DNA of 64,000 bases from the NCBI GenBank assembly GCA_964016885.1, contig OZ024742.1, positions 206,274,001 through 206,338,000 on the forward strand, given 5' to 3'. Source of the stretch: Eledone cirrhosa. Lineage: Eukaryota. This document shows, piece by piece, positions 15,294-27,965 of this stretch. The translations under genes and the position numbers were made by a program. Positions within the stretch are counted from its first letter, which is position 1. Each line of letters starts with the position of its first letter. The notes under the pieces were generated by a model. That model saw only the letters and a program-made list of their open reading frames with translations, did not search any database and was not told where the DNA came from.

Positions 15294-15879
15294 TGAATTT
15301 CTTTCAACTTTAATTAAAGTTTTAATTGTACTCAAGTTAGTAGATTTATACCTAAGAAATTAACTCAGCACACTGGAGTGTTTTCATTTTCTAGTTGAAG
15401 GATAGCTTGGTAGACAATTAAATATTAATATTCTAAATATTTAGTCAAGGAGGAAAGGGCTATGATATGATTCTTTTTAGGGCCTCTGAGACTGGTGATA
15501 AAGAAGAAGGTATCCTCTACCATGAGTCTTGATCTGAATGCTTGCAACAAAATGGACCCTGCTAATAGCCAGATTTGAATTCAGAATGTAAAGAGTCAGA
15601 AAATACTGCAAAGCATCTCATTCATCACTGACAATTCTGACAATCTACTGCTGTAGATAGATAACTTTATTTCATGTGCCTCAAAAAGATGCTGGGATTG
15701 GAACTCAAGCACAGAATACTGGAAAGAATGCCACAAGACTTATTTTCTAACAGCTGCCTCTTGCTGTGGAAAAAACAAAAGGTAAGAAAGTGCCCAAGAC
15801 CCTTTTCAGGGATCCCTAAGATTAGTGGGAGAGAAATGGTATCCTCAAACCAGAAACCTAATCTAAATGCTTGCAAATT

Positions 15880-16000
15880 CCATTAACAGCTTATGCTTGA
15901 CTAATACAGAAGCAAGACTTCTGTGTAGAGGTGAATAAGAAACTCATGTTCAATCTGTAGAATTGAGGCTATTATGAAGCCTAAAGATATTCGTTTCACA
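15880..16000 (+). mobile_element. hAT (Charlie/SPIN-like) transposase trace
   Basis: LTNTEARLLCRGE resembles the LHTEVRWLSRG motif. Confidence 0.35.
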
Positions 16001-16364
16001 ATAAATCTGCAAAATGCTGTATACCAGCAAGTAATGAATGCAACACTACAACTAATGAAATATAAGGAAAGGATGTTAATTGCAAATTGTTAATTGCTGG
16101 AATTAAAACAACTTGATAATGAATGAGTTAATGATTTTGAATTAATTTTCAAGCCTTCTACTGTCATTTGAATAGGAAGAAAGATATTCAGAAGAAGAAA
16201 TCATCAAACTAATTTTTAATGCTAGCTTATCCTCAGAGTTTAAGTTAAGAATTTTAGATCAATTAAAGTGTCAACCTAGCTACTCTGGTATCAACTATGC
16301 AATAAGAAACATTATTGACAGCTTAAACCACTAGCAACAAATTTCAACATTGATATGATATATG

Positions 16365-17310
16365 ATTTAGGCACAAGGCCAACAATTTGGTGGGGGAGGG
16401 GTAAAAGTGAATTAAATTGACCTCAGTGCATTACTAGTACTTTATTTTATCACTCTGTAAGGATGAAAAGCAAGCTAACCTTATTGGGATTTGAACTCAT
16501 AACCTAAAGGGATGTAACTACATGCCACAAAGCATGTTGTCTGATGTTTTACCAATACTGCCAATCCAATAATAATTGTTTCTACTTTTTGGCACAAGGC
16601 CAGCAATTATCCCAGTACATTACTGGTACTTTATTTTATCGACCCCGTAAGGATGAAAGGCAAAGTTAACCTCGGCGGGATTTGAACTCAGACTGTAAAG
16701 GGACGTAACTCTGTGCTAGAAAACATGGCGTCCAACCCTCTACCAATACTGCCAATATAAAAGACATTTAGCAATATCACAATTTTAATAATGTTAATAT
16801 AGTGAAATGTGGGGGATGCATAAAAAATGTGAATATCCAACATATGGAAAAATTTGTCACAAATGTGGAAAATTAGAGCTTATGCAAGATTTTGTTGATC
16901 AAACGTGATTCTTATGATAGTTATAACCAAATGTTAACTGTAAACAATGGAGGGAGTATATAACTTAGAATTTTATAATGATAATGATAATTATAATTAT
17001 AATGATAATTGTTTCTACTTTTGGCACAAGGCCAGCAATTACCCAGTACATTACTGGTACTTTATTTTATCGACCCCATAAGGATGAAAGGCAAAGTTAA
17101 CCTCGGCGTGATTATAATGATAATATAATTATAATTGTTTCTACTTTTGGCACAAGGCCAGCAATTACCCAGTACATTACTGGTACTTTATTTTATCGAC
17201 CCCGTATGGATGAAAGGCAAAGTTAACCTCGGCGGGATTTGAACTCAGATCGTAAAGGGACGTAACTATGGTGGAAACCATGTCCGAGCCTCTACCGATA
17301 CTGCCAATTC
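16365..17310 (-). mobile_element. Cluster of four SINE family A copies (16365-16570, 16571-16756, 17005-17110, 17132-17310)
   Basis: Repeated TTGTTTCTACTTTTGGCACAAGGCCAGCAATT...GGATGAAAGGCAAAGTTAACC blocks. Confidence 0.9.
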
Positions 17311-18700
17311 CGATAATGATAATGATAATTTTATAATGATTTTATATATGATAGAAGCATTGACATGAAAGTGAATATCAGATCATACTTAACAATTTAA
17401 TTTTCATTTAGTTGAATAGCCCAATCAAATTGTGTCACAAATGTTTGGTTCTGTACAAAACATAATTGAGTCAATTCAGATGAAGTTTAAACTTAATGAC
17501 ATAAAAGAATCTCATAACTTTATAGAAATATATAGTCATTACACGTTTCCATTAATCAATCGCAGCTTACTTTGTTTAAATTTGAACATGAATACCTTAC
17601 ATGAGGTTAAAGGTTTTCTAAAAACATCAAATTCTGTTATAAAATTGTTAAAAAGACTACATAAAATATGTTATTGAATGAACTAAAAATAGTTTGATAG
17701 AAGAGTTTAATCTATAATCATTTAAGTTTAAGGAAAGTATAAGCTTGGAAAATTATTTTAAATCAGACAATAGGAACCAAATGAAATAAGAAAAAATAAA
17801 AATGCGCCTCAATGAAAGTAACAAGTAAAAGTCATAAAACTGTCCTAAACACAAATTATTTCTGTTATAATTCAGGTTTTTCAATAACCATTGAAAAGTT
17901 GATGAATAGACCTAGGTATTTCAACATTAAATACTGATGTCTAGAAATAAGATTCTATTTAGAACTAAATATGAATTAGCTTCCAAAAACACATTAAAGA
18001 AAGATAACATTTTGAGAAAATTAGGCCATTTTTGTGTATGTGGGTTTTGGGGGGGCTGAACTGTATTTCAATACCATTTACAGTTTGGGGTGTCACAAAA
18101 TGATTCTTATTCAGTGTAATAATTTTCCCTTTGATGCTATACAAAGGTGTGTGAAGTAGTTATCTCAAAGGCCAGGTTAAGTCAAAGAGATGTAACAAAG
18201 ACGCTATAACATTGTGTATTCTACTCCGCCTACAGATAAATACAGATATAATGTGTGCAAAAGAAACAAAAATGTACGTACATAAATATTTACAAGTGAG
18301 TGACTGTATGTTAACATCATAGATTCAGAGGAAGTACAGCAATAAAACACTTGCCAGAAATACTCAGGTCTAATCAGGTGTATGTAAGTTGTGGCACCAG
18401 TTCTGAATAATTTGACAGGCTGGTGTTTCATAAAAACCATCTTATTCATTAATTTATTAAAAATTTGTATTTTGTTTTCATTGCTGCGAGTTTTGCAATA
18501 ATTTTCATGATTAAATAGAAAGTAATGTATACTGTTTTATATAAATCATGCAAATAGTGACATTAGGTTGATAATGAGGCCCAAATGAACAGATACCATT
18601 TGAAAACATACGACAGATCAAAAGCAAATTTAAGATATATTAAATAAAGGTTTCATTGAAAGAAAAGTTGCAATTATGATAATTTTTTTAAACTTGTTAT
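16780..18700 (+). mobile_element. Highly decayed Gypsy/Ty3 LTR retrotransposon internal region
   Basis: Gag zinc knuckle YPTYGKICHKCGKL..YARFC (~16830-16895), protease-like MKFKLND (cf. FKLDTGA) at ~17480, and RT-like traces at 17880-18430, in the expected order. SINEs are inserted within it. Confidence 0.55.
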
Positions 18701-18779
18701 TTCTGTATTAATGATTTTCATTCCAATTCCAATTCAAGTTTTGCTCCTTTAAATGCAGCCACATTTAAAGACTCCTTTG

Positions 18780-19075
18780 AAGATTTGCACCTAGAAAGTC
18801 CCCTTCTGAGGTACAAGCCCAGGCAGAGTGTTTTTGTGGAAGACCAGTAGTTGCTCATACATACCAGTCTCCCCTCTCCACACCACCGATGTTGTCCAAA
18901 GGAAAGGCAAAGGCCAATACAACTTGTGACCAGTAATGTTGCAACTCATTTCTGCTACTTAGGGAACTCAAGCACCATGAAATAAAGTGTCAAAAACACA
19001 ACACATCAGCCAGTCCAAGAAACAGACTCACAATGTGATTGTAAGCCCAACTCTCTAACTACTAAACCACATGCC
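18780..19075 (-). mobile_element. tRNA-derived SINE family B (CORE-like central region)
   Basis: Reverse-complement homolog of 33945-34260 and 35825-35990 (GCATGGTTTAGTGGTTAG head; ACACTTTATTTCATG core). Confidence 0.7.
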
Positions 19076-19639
19076 ATATTTACCAAGATTCTATTTATAC
19101 AAAAGGTAGTGCTGTCTAACTATTGGGTAAGTGTCCAGCTCAAAGATAATTGAATAATTTATTTTGGTTATTTTATGATGGAGGGAAGGGCATAGTTCAT
19201 TGAATTCTCTGTCTCCAGTTATACTGATACAGGATGTAGAATTCACCAGTATTTGAATTTAGAACAAAGAAAGTGTTGCAATTTGTATATGATAAAATGT
19301 CTCCTTATCTGGGCCTCTATTTATTATATAATCATCTTTGGAATTGGTTAAAGGATAATTTTTTAATGACACAATTTCATTGGGGTTTACAGACTATATG
19401 CATAGAATAGATAAACAAAGAGCTAGTGTACTCTCAGTCACTTCACGCCATGAAACCGGGATAAGCACTGGCCAAATGAGCCTTCTGGCTTAAGACAGGC
19501 TTTAGACTTTTTTTGTCTGGCTTTGTACATATCTTAAAAAAACAATTATTATTATAACAGCAATTCTCACACATCTTAAAAGAAAAAAAAAAAGAATGAC
19601 ATTTCAATTGTTCTACTGATCCCTCCATTCATTACATCA

Positions 19640-19990
19640 TCATACATCATCATCGTTTAACATCCATCGTCCACGTTAGCATGAGTAGAACAGGCTGTCC
19701 CTTTGAGAGTGATCAGGTTGGAGGACTGTGTTTCACTCACACAGAACTGACTTTGGCTTGGTTTCCACGGCTGGAGGCCCTTCCTAACGTTAACCACATT
19801 TACAATGTGGACTGGGAACTTTTTGTTATGACACCTACACAACCACTTTATAGTGGGAGCTGAACACTTTTGTCATGACTCCAGACAAACCACTTTATGG
19901 TGTGGGGGTGGGAAGATGCTTTGGGAATTGGGGACGTAGGTATAGGGTTGGGGTGATTACAGCAAGGGAGGTATATGGGAAGGGATAGTA
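19640..19990 (-). mobile_element. RTE-family 3' UTR fragment
   Basis: (CAT)n-GTTTAAC tail and GCCCTTCCTAAC...CACATTTACA motif, shared with 21856-22685. Confidence 0.7.
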
Positions 19991-20479
19991 AGGTGTTGCC
20001 TAAAGATTAAGATTGATACACAGTCACAGTTTAGAAGAGGGTCCATTGAATTATATTGGTTTAGTAGTCTGAACATGCAGTTATTTAATTTAACATTGTC
20101 AGATATATAATTCTCTACCATGCACTGCACTAACAACAACAACCCTCCTTTATTATATACAATAAAACAAAAAGGTTTTATAAGATATGAGGAGATATAC
20201 AACTTTATAAAATGCTGCTGGTGGTGACAAGATGAGAAGTGGGGCAAAGACAAATATATATAAAGACATTTTAAAGGTTTGATACAAATATATGCATAGA
20301 ATAGATAAACAAATTATATATATATATTCTTGTTTGACTAAGCATGGACTAAATTAAGAACTTAGATACTGTATATAGAATCAATGTATTTGTTAGTAAC
20401 CGTGATGGTTTACTCCAAAATTTGGTGATATTATTGGTTGTTTTGATAAGCCAGAAATATCAGTGAAACTTCATAATAA

Positions 20480-21150
20480 ACAGTCACCATTGGGTCCTAT
20501 TTCCCTCATGGACTCAACTCACCTCCCCAATTTCTTTAATACCCCATCCATTATCACACACGTGCTTGTACATTCACCCCTAGATTCCTATGGTTCTCTT
20601 ATTCCTATGGCTCTCATATTCTCTTACAACTAATATAGACCAACAAAATATGCACACTCCACTTTTCGCTTCACTCCTCTGTATATACAAACATACACAC
20701 ACTTATATTAACATACTTTTGCTCATAGGTTCGTACTTATAAGCACACACACTCGTTTACTTACATATACACACACATTTCTTCTTAGCTTCATACGGAC
20801 GTATAACAAGACACACACACAGACACACACGCGCATGCGCACAAGTATAGCTCTTTTTACAAAATGTTTTTTTTCCCATTTCAGGTAGACGCGCTCCATC
20901 ATCCACTTTTCTAAAAAATAAATCATACACAAAACGCCAGCATCAACAGTTTTCCAAGAGATGTCAACATGAATAGATCTGTTATTTTTTCCAATTCCAC
21001 CCTGCCCATTCCTTTAAACTATCTTATTTCTCATTCTTTCTTCTGATGAAGGACTAGCATCCAAAACGTTAAGACCCACTTCCTGCTATATCAAGTGTTA
21101 ACCTAATATATTCCTTCCATATACTGTACCAATTATGTTGTTATTTCTGT
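20480..21150 (+). mobile_element. Penelope-like 3' remnant with minimal hammerhead motif
   Basis: IGSYFPHGLN (cf. LGTLxPxGLN, the GIY-YIG terminus) at ~20490-20520, then a pyrimidine-rich tail with CTGATGA...AAAC at 21043-21067, then (CA)n(TA)n. Confidence 0.55.
21039..21074 (+). ncRNA. Minimal type I hammerhead ribozyme-like motif, probably inactivated
   Basis: TCTT-CTGATGA-A-GGA ctagca TCC-AAAA-CGTT-AAGA. Stem I is TCTT/AAGA, stem II is GGA/TCC and stem III is the palindromic AACGTT. The core GAAA reads AAAA. Confidence 0.55.
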
Positions 21151-21159
21151 TTACCTTTT

Positions 21160-21274
<115 letters not shown>

Positions 21275-21281
<7 letters not shown>

Positions 21282-21470
21282 TAGTAAAAGTCTGTGATTG
21301 CTTGCTTGCTTGTCTGTAATGTAATTCAGCTAAAAGGGCGCATAAGGGGAAATACTTTGAACGGAAGTTGCCCCTGAAATGGGAATACAAATGGAATAAA
21401 ATAAGTTTCATGTAAATCGAAGCATGGGTTCCCGAGATATGGGGTTTTTTCGGGTACATTCATAAACAGA
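21275..21470 (+). mobile_element. Helitron/HINE-like non-autonomous element fragment
   Basis: TATATATTAGTAAAAGTC-(TGCT)n start and an AAGTTTCATGTAAATCGAAGCATGGGTTCCCGAGATAT block, a layout typical of these elements. Compound GA/TA/CA repeats follow to ~21770. Confidence 0.4.
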
Positions 21471-21529
21471 GAGTGAGAGAGAGAGAGTGAGGGAGAGAGA
21501 GAGTGAGAGGAGACACAGAAGGAGAAAGC

Positions 21530-21578
<49 letters not shown>

Positions 21579-21855
21579 TGGTATTGTTGTGTGTATATAT
21601 ATATAAATATGTGAGTGTGTGTATATATGTGTGTGTCGATGACCAGTGTAGAAAGATCACAGACTCCCATATATATATATACACACACACACATACATAA
21701 ATATATATATATACATATTTATATATATACATACACATTTATATATATACATACACACACATATATATATGGGTCTTCCAGTTTCAATTCACATTATACA
21801 CATTTCTGTGTATATTTTAATTATTTAAAAATTATTTTTAAGTGAATGTGACCCA

Positions 21856-22685
21856 ATGTGTCATGATGGCAGTGAGACATGGGCATTGCGTGCAGAGGAC
21901 CTGCGTAGACTGGAAAGGAACGAAGCATGCATGCTCCGTTGGATGTGTAATAGTAATATACGTGAACGGCAAAGCATAAATGAACTAAGTGAGAAATTGG
22001 GAATAAGAGGGATCAGATGTTGTTTACTCGAGAGAAGACTACGTTGGTATGGTCACGTGATGCGCATGAAAGACGACAGCTGTATAAAAAAGTGCAGGGC
22101 GATCAAAATGGATGGTAGTTACGGAGTAGACAGACCCAGAAAAACTTGGGACGATCTGATAAATTCCGACCTTACACACTTGCACCTCTCTAAGACAATG
22201 TCACTGGACCGAGATCTTTGGCGCTACACAGTAATACAGAAGACCCGCCTTGCCTCTGTACAAAGCGAAACCTGAAGTCAGTAGGCACCTCTTAACCAAA
22301 TATATACCCCAACCCACTACTCCTACCCTATCCTCCCACTCCCACCAACACCGCCCTCTCTCAATAAATTTGGTACCACAACATCCAGTCCAAATAAATG
22401 AGATAATGAGATCGAGATCGTGTAGGTGTCACAACAAAAATACACACAGTCCACGCTGTAATGTGGCCGTGTAGGTAACACGGTAAAAAGCTTCCAGTCC
22501 ACACTGTAAATGTGGTTGGTGTTAGGAAGGGCATCCAGCCGTAGAAAAGCTGCCAGATAGTCCTATATGAGCGAGACACGGTCACCCGACCAACCTTGCC
22601 TCAAGTGGGACAACTCCTGTCTAACCCATGCTAGCGTGTAAAGTGGACTTTAAACGAAGATGATGATGATGATGATGATGATGAT
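21856..22685 (+). mobile_element. 5'-truncated RTE LINE (ORF C-terminus, long 3' UTR, (GAT)n tail)
   Basis: ORF 21856-22275: GSETWAL...LERNEACMLRWMC...RRLRWYGHVMRM...RPRKTWDDLINSD. Tail CCCATGCTAGC...TTAAAC(GAT)n. Confidence 0.92.
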
Positions 22686-22696
22686 ACATATATATA

Positions 22697-22760
<64 letters not shown>

Positions 22761-23004
22761 GACACAGATGTATTTGCTGAAACGACAACATGTACCTTCT
22801 CCCTGCTTTTACTTTCCTTTGATGAAGATGTTTAATTTTCTGCAGGAATACAAACTTTTTTAAACATAAACTAGAGTAGTTTTATTTCTATTATTATAAT
22901 TATTATCATTAATATTATTATTATGACTAGCAGAAAAACTGCCCTGGGTATTATACGCAAATATATATATGTAAATTGAAAAGTAAATTGAAAATATCTT
23001 CTTC

Positions 23005-23605
23005 GCCCAGTTATTTCTGAGAGGGTTGTGGGGAAGAGTCCTTCTCAAACACTCCTTCCAGCGAGTCTGTCAGAAGCAAGCATCTCTAACTGATGCAGCT
23101 GGATCCCAGATAAGCTCATGGATGTTATCCAACTATCTTGCTCAGGGTCTACGTCTGGGTCTCTTGCCAGCTGGTTTTGCCTGTAAAATATGTCCAGCGA
23201 TTCTTTACTGAGACATTCTAACCACATGCTTATAATATTGGAGTTATGATATCTCAATTCGGAGAAGTAGCGGCTCTACCAGGAGTGACTCTCTGATCTT
23301 TGAGTTATGCACTTTATCGAGTAACACTACTCCAAAGACCCTTCGGAGGAATCCCATTTCTGCTGCTTTTATTTGCAATTGTATTCTTTTGGTCATTACT
23401 CAAGATTCATGATCCTCGGTAAGTGTTGGCAGGAATACCAGGAAGACAGCGAGTTTGGATTTTACACCTTTTTCTGATTGCTGAAAGCTGAGGCTGGCGC
23501 ATTACTGCATCAGCTTTTACAATTCTTGCACTTAATTCAGCCTCCTGCATTTCATCACTCATGAACACGGCTCCAAGATACTTGAACTTCTCTAACTGCT
23601 TCAGT
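23005..23605 (-). mobile_element. RTE-like LINE 3' fragment (different family)
   Basis: LKQLEKFKYLGAVFMSDEMQEAELSARIVKA on the minus strand. The 3' part is homologous to 1300-1505. Confidence 0.75.
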
Positions 23606-23744
23606 GTGTTTGTGTGAATGTATGTGTGTGTAAAAGGAAAGAAAGGGATACACACATATATGTCTCTAACTTAAAAACAATGACACACACGTCTATGATT
23701 TAAGAACACCGACAAACTTGTGTGTGTGCACATACACACACTGT

Positions 23745-24520
23745 CCTATTACCACTCAAGAGCTTTGGTCCGGGCAAACATCCCTCAATTTTGGAACCGA
23801 CTGGGTTGTCCAGAATTGATCGGAAAAGACTTGACGGTCTTACTCTGTGCTCCTGGTCAAGAGGCAGGTGCCTTACCTGGGACGTCACAGTTTATGACTC
23901 TGTTACTTCTTCCCACATCCTGGATGCAGCGGTAAGGACGAGAGCTACAACATTCGCAGCTGAACGGAACAAAATCCTAAAATACTGTGTTCTCTCAGCT
24001 AACTACATTATCCAGCCTGTGGCATTCGAGACGTTTGGGGGAGTCGGGGTACTGACAGCGAGGTTCTAATTTTCACTGGCGGCTCGCCAAACAGGTAACT
24101 GGTGATGGTCATGAGGGCACTTGGTTGTTCCAGCACCTCAGCCTCGCCATTACCCCAGGTAAAGCTGCGAGCGTGCTGGCTTGCCTCAAAAATTATTAGA
24201 GAGGTTTCCCAGTGTTCCTCGCTACATTGCTATCTTTTGTTCTGGTAGCGTTTCGTTTTTCCACTCTTTTGCCTGCATATTGTTCTGTGTGGTCTAAGAT
24301 GTGGGTATTACGTGCTTGTGTATTTTTCTCTTTCTTTTTTTTCTTTCCCTTTCCTTTGTATATATTATATTTGTTAGTGTTTTAGTTCTTTAAATTTTTA
24401 TACAAATGAGTTTTAAAAAAAAAGAGTTAAACTGTGTTGTTAATAAATAAATAAAAAGTTGTACTTTTATCCTCCCATTTCCAATTCACTGAACGCTGTC
24501 ATGACTGTATGTGTGTGTTT
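23745..24520 (+). mobile_element. CRE-like non-LTR retrotransposon 3' part (restriction-like endonuclease)
   Basis: PSILEPTGLSRIDRKRLDGLTLCSWSRGRCLTWDVTV...AAERNKILKY...QPVAFETFGGVG...WLFQHLSLAI, the RPD..D..K..KY RLE motif set. Confidence 0.85.
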
Positions 24521-24584
24521 GTGTAAATGTATATGCGTGAATGTATGTATGTGTTTGTGTGAAAGTATGTGTATTTGTGTGAAT

Positions 24585-24900
24585 GGGACGTCACAGTTAG
24601 TGACTCTTTTGCTACCTTGTTCTGTTAGCTAACTACATTATCCAGCCTATGTGGTCTTAGATGTGTGCATTACGTGCTAGTGTATTTTTTCTCTTTATTT
24701 TTTTCGTTTTCCTTTCCTTTGTATACATCATATTTGTTTGTGTTTTCGTTCTGTAAGCATTATATAAAATTTTTATACAAATGATTTTGTTAATAAAAAG
24801 AGAGGTAAACTGTGTTGTTAATAAATAAATAAAACGTTATACTTGTTTTACCCTCCCGTTTCCAATTCACCGAACGCAATCATTACTTTATGTGTGTGTT
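24585..24900 (+). repeat. Internally deleted duplicate of the adjacent CRE-like element
   Basis: GGGACGTCACAGTT, AGCTAACTACATTATCCAGCCT and the 3' UTR of 24290-24520 recur, joined by deletions. Confidence 0.85.
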
Positions 24901-25444
24901 TATGTAAATGTATGTGTATTTATCTAAATGTATGTCCGTGAGGGTGTATTTTTATAAGTTTGTGTTTGCGCGATTATAGTTATATACTCATAATAGTTAT
25001 ATACTCATAATAGTTATATACTCATACATGTACACAATCATACGCGTCAGAGTGTAGAAAGTCATAATCACTCTATCTCTCTCATCACAAACGCTCTCTT
25101 TCTATATACATGGTAGTTGAAGTGGTGGTGATGGCGACGATATACCAGAAGTCTAGAAATTTGTAACTTTGAAAAGAAGTCAATTTTAAATTATTTATAA
25201 ATACTAAATTTAGTTACGAAATTTAGCACATAAATTATGTAATATTCATTCATTATTTATTCAAAGTAATCAAACTTATTTTACAAATGGGATAAAAAGA
25301 TTTATTATGGATGCAGTCTCGCACTCCTTGCTTTATTATAGTTTAGATTACATTTGCTTAGTTGTGCGCTTGAAGAAAAGTTTTGTATCAAAACACTTGT
25401 AAGAATTAAATTATGTATGAACTTCTTTCTGTCATCTTAATTTG

Positions 25445-25446
<2 letters not shown>

Positions 25447-25504
<58 letters not shown>
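25447..25504. repeat. (TA)n microsatellite
   Basis: Direct reading of the sequence. Confidence 0.98.
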
Positions 25505-25506
<2 letters not shown>

Positions 25507-25529
25507 AACCAGTATATATAAATGCCAAA

Positions 25530-27965
25530 ATTATGAACACAATAAATAAGAATTGCAACAACTGCGTAAACAGCAATAACACTAACCATGTTAGGGCTGC
25601 ACATGGTAGTGGGGTGGTTGGTACAGCCATGTGCGAGAACCCCCGACCCTCATCGCACAACCACAACAACAACAACAAAAACAAGAATATGAAGACGTCA
25701 AATCTCAGAGTTGCCACACTTAATGTTGGCACTCTAACAGGTAGATCTGGTGAGATAGTGGAGATGCTAGAGAGAAGACAGGTGGATGCGTGTTGCATGC
25801 AAGAGGTAAGATGGAGAGGTGCCTCAGCAAGACTAATCGCAGTCAAACATCTTATCTATAAGCTTTTCTGGGTGGGTAATGATGATGGGTTAGGTGGGAT
25901 AGGCATTTTACTGGTTGAGAGATGTATTGATAAGACAATAGAGGTAGTTAGAGTCAGTAATAGAATAATTAAGATTAGATTAGTTGTAAGCAAGAGACTG
26001 CAGACAATCATCTCTACCTATGCTCCCCAGGCGAGCCTAGGTAAAGAAGAGAAAGACTGCGTTTACGAGCAACTTTTAGAAACTGCCACAATGACAGAGG
26101 ATGGAGACATCGTTATGCTAGCAGGGGACTTCAATGGTCATGTTGGACAGCTCTAGGATGGATACATTGGGGTACAAGTTGGGCACGGTTATAGCTCAAG
26201 AAACGAAGAAGGAGTGAGGCTTCTTGAATTTTTTGATGCAAGTGCACTAACCATTTGCAACACTAACTTCAAGAAACCTACCAACCACCTAATAACCTAC
26301 AAATCAGGCGAGGACATAAGCCAGATTGACTTCTTGCTAGTTAGGCAGCGAGACAGACAGATGGTATCAAATACTAAGGCATACCCCGGTGAAGAATGTA
26401 CCTCACAGCATAGGTTTGTCGTTAGTGACATCTCAATAAGCAAGAGACAAAATGAGACATACAGGAAGGTGTGGAAAAGGAAGGTCTGGAATCTTTCACT
26501 AAAATATAAATTTAGGAAAGCTCTTCAAGATGTGTATGACGAGAAAGACGTTTTAGAATCATATGACATAGATAATAACTGGAATTTCTTACGTGACAGC
26601 TTACTGCAGGCTACTGAAGAAACTTGTGGCTGGGGCAGAGCTCCAACCAGACAGAGGGTGACCTAGTGGTGGAACAATATGGTAGATAAGGCCATTAGAG
26701 ACAAAAGACTAGCATGGAATGCTTGGAGAAATGGTGGGAGTTGAGACCGATACACAGTTGCTAAGAGAGAAGCTAGACATCAGGTGTACTTAGCATGCAC
26801 GGAGGCTGAGAGTAGGAGGTTTGCCAATATCCTGCGACGGGAAGATCAGAGATGTGCGGTATTCCGCATTGCAAGGCAGTGTATCAGTGCAAATCAGGAT
26901 GTTATTGGAGATAAATGTGTCCGGAATGATGCTGGTATACTTAGTGTTACTAATGATCAGTAAAAAAGGCCTGGAAATGTCATTATAAGAGGCTGATGAA
27001 TGTGGAGAACGAATGGGAGAAAGAGAAACTACCCCCAGTAGACCCGACAAAGGGACTAGCTATTGAGAAATGGTAAGGGAGCTGGACCATTGGAGATAGT
27101 TGCTGAGATGCTGAAGGCATCAGGAGAAGTAGATACTAAATTGGTTGCACACATCGTCAATCAAGCTATATATGGTGGAGTCATACCCAAAGACTGGTGC
27201 AGCAGTATTCTCATAAATTGCTACAAAGGTAAAGGGGATGCTCTGGAGAGGAGCAATTATAGAGGGATAAAACTGATGGATCAGGTTATGAATGTGGCAG
27301 AAAGGATATTAGCGCAACTAATTAGAGAAAGGGTCAAACTAGATGAGATGCAGTTTGGTTTTGTGCCTGGGAAAAGTACAACAGATGCCCTCTTCTTAGT
27401 GAGACAACTACAATACAGGTTCTTAGAGAAGGAGCCACTATACTTAGAAGCCACTATACTTAGCTTTTGTTGACCTAGAGAAGACCTTTGATAGGGTACT
27501 GTGATCTGTCATCTGGTGGTCCCTAAGGAAACTAGGTGTTGAGGAATGGCTTGTGAGAACAGTGCAAGCTTTGTACAGAGGTGCTGTCAGTAAAGTGAAA
27601 GTAGGAATGGAGTTTAGTGAGGAATTCCAGATACAAGTAGGAGTACATCAGGGTTTGGTCCTTAGCCCGCTCTTGTTCATTATAGTCTTCCAAGCCATAA
27701 CAGAGGAGATTAAGACTGGCTTCCCATGGCAACTTCTCTATGCTGACGATCTGGTTCTTATACCAGAATCAGTAGATGAGCTAGAGAAGAAATTCTGGCT
27801 ATGGAAACAGCAGTTGGAAGCAAGAGGACTGAGAGTGAACCTAGCTAAGACAAAAGTGTTGATGAGTAGAAAAGAGGACAAAACTCTGATTCCGTCAGGG
27901 AAATGGCCATGTTCGATATGCAGAAAAGGAACTGGCATAAATTCTATAAAATGTACACAATGCAA
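25530..27965 (+). mobile_element. RTE LINE, long pseudogenised copy (APE endonuclease, RT, start of PHD-like finger)
   Basis: LRVATLNVGTL...CMQEVRW...YAPQ...GDFNGHVG and SQIDFLL (APE), then YKGKGDALERSNYRGIKL, QFGFVPGKSTTDA, VGVHQGLVLSPLLF and LYADDLVL (RT, 27739). It has stops, frameshifts and a 16-bp tandem duplication at 27433-27463, and is truncated at the 3' end. Confidence 0.95.

Noticed and set aside
24977-25027. 17-bp unit TAGTTATATACTCATAA repeated three times
   Set aside because: Ordinary local slippage duplication with no associated feature.
25413-26156. Host gene (craniofacial development protein 2-like annotation often given to such ORFs)
   Set aside because: It is the APE endonuclease of an RTE LINE, continuous with downstream RT fragments. 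The N-terminus is (TA)n read-through.
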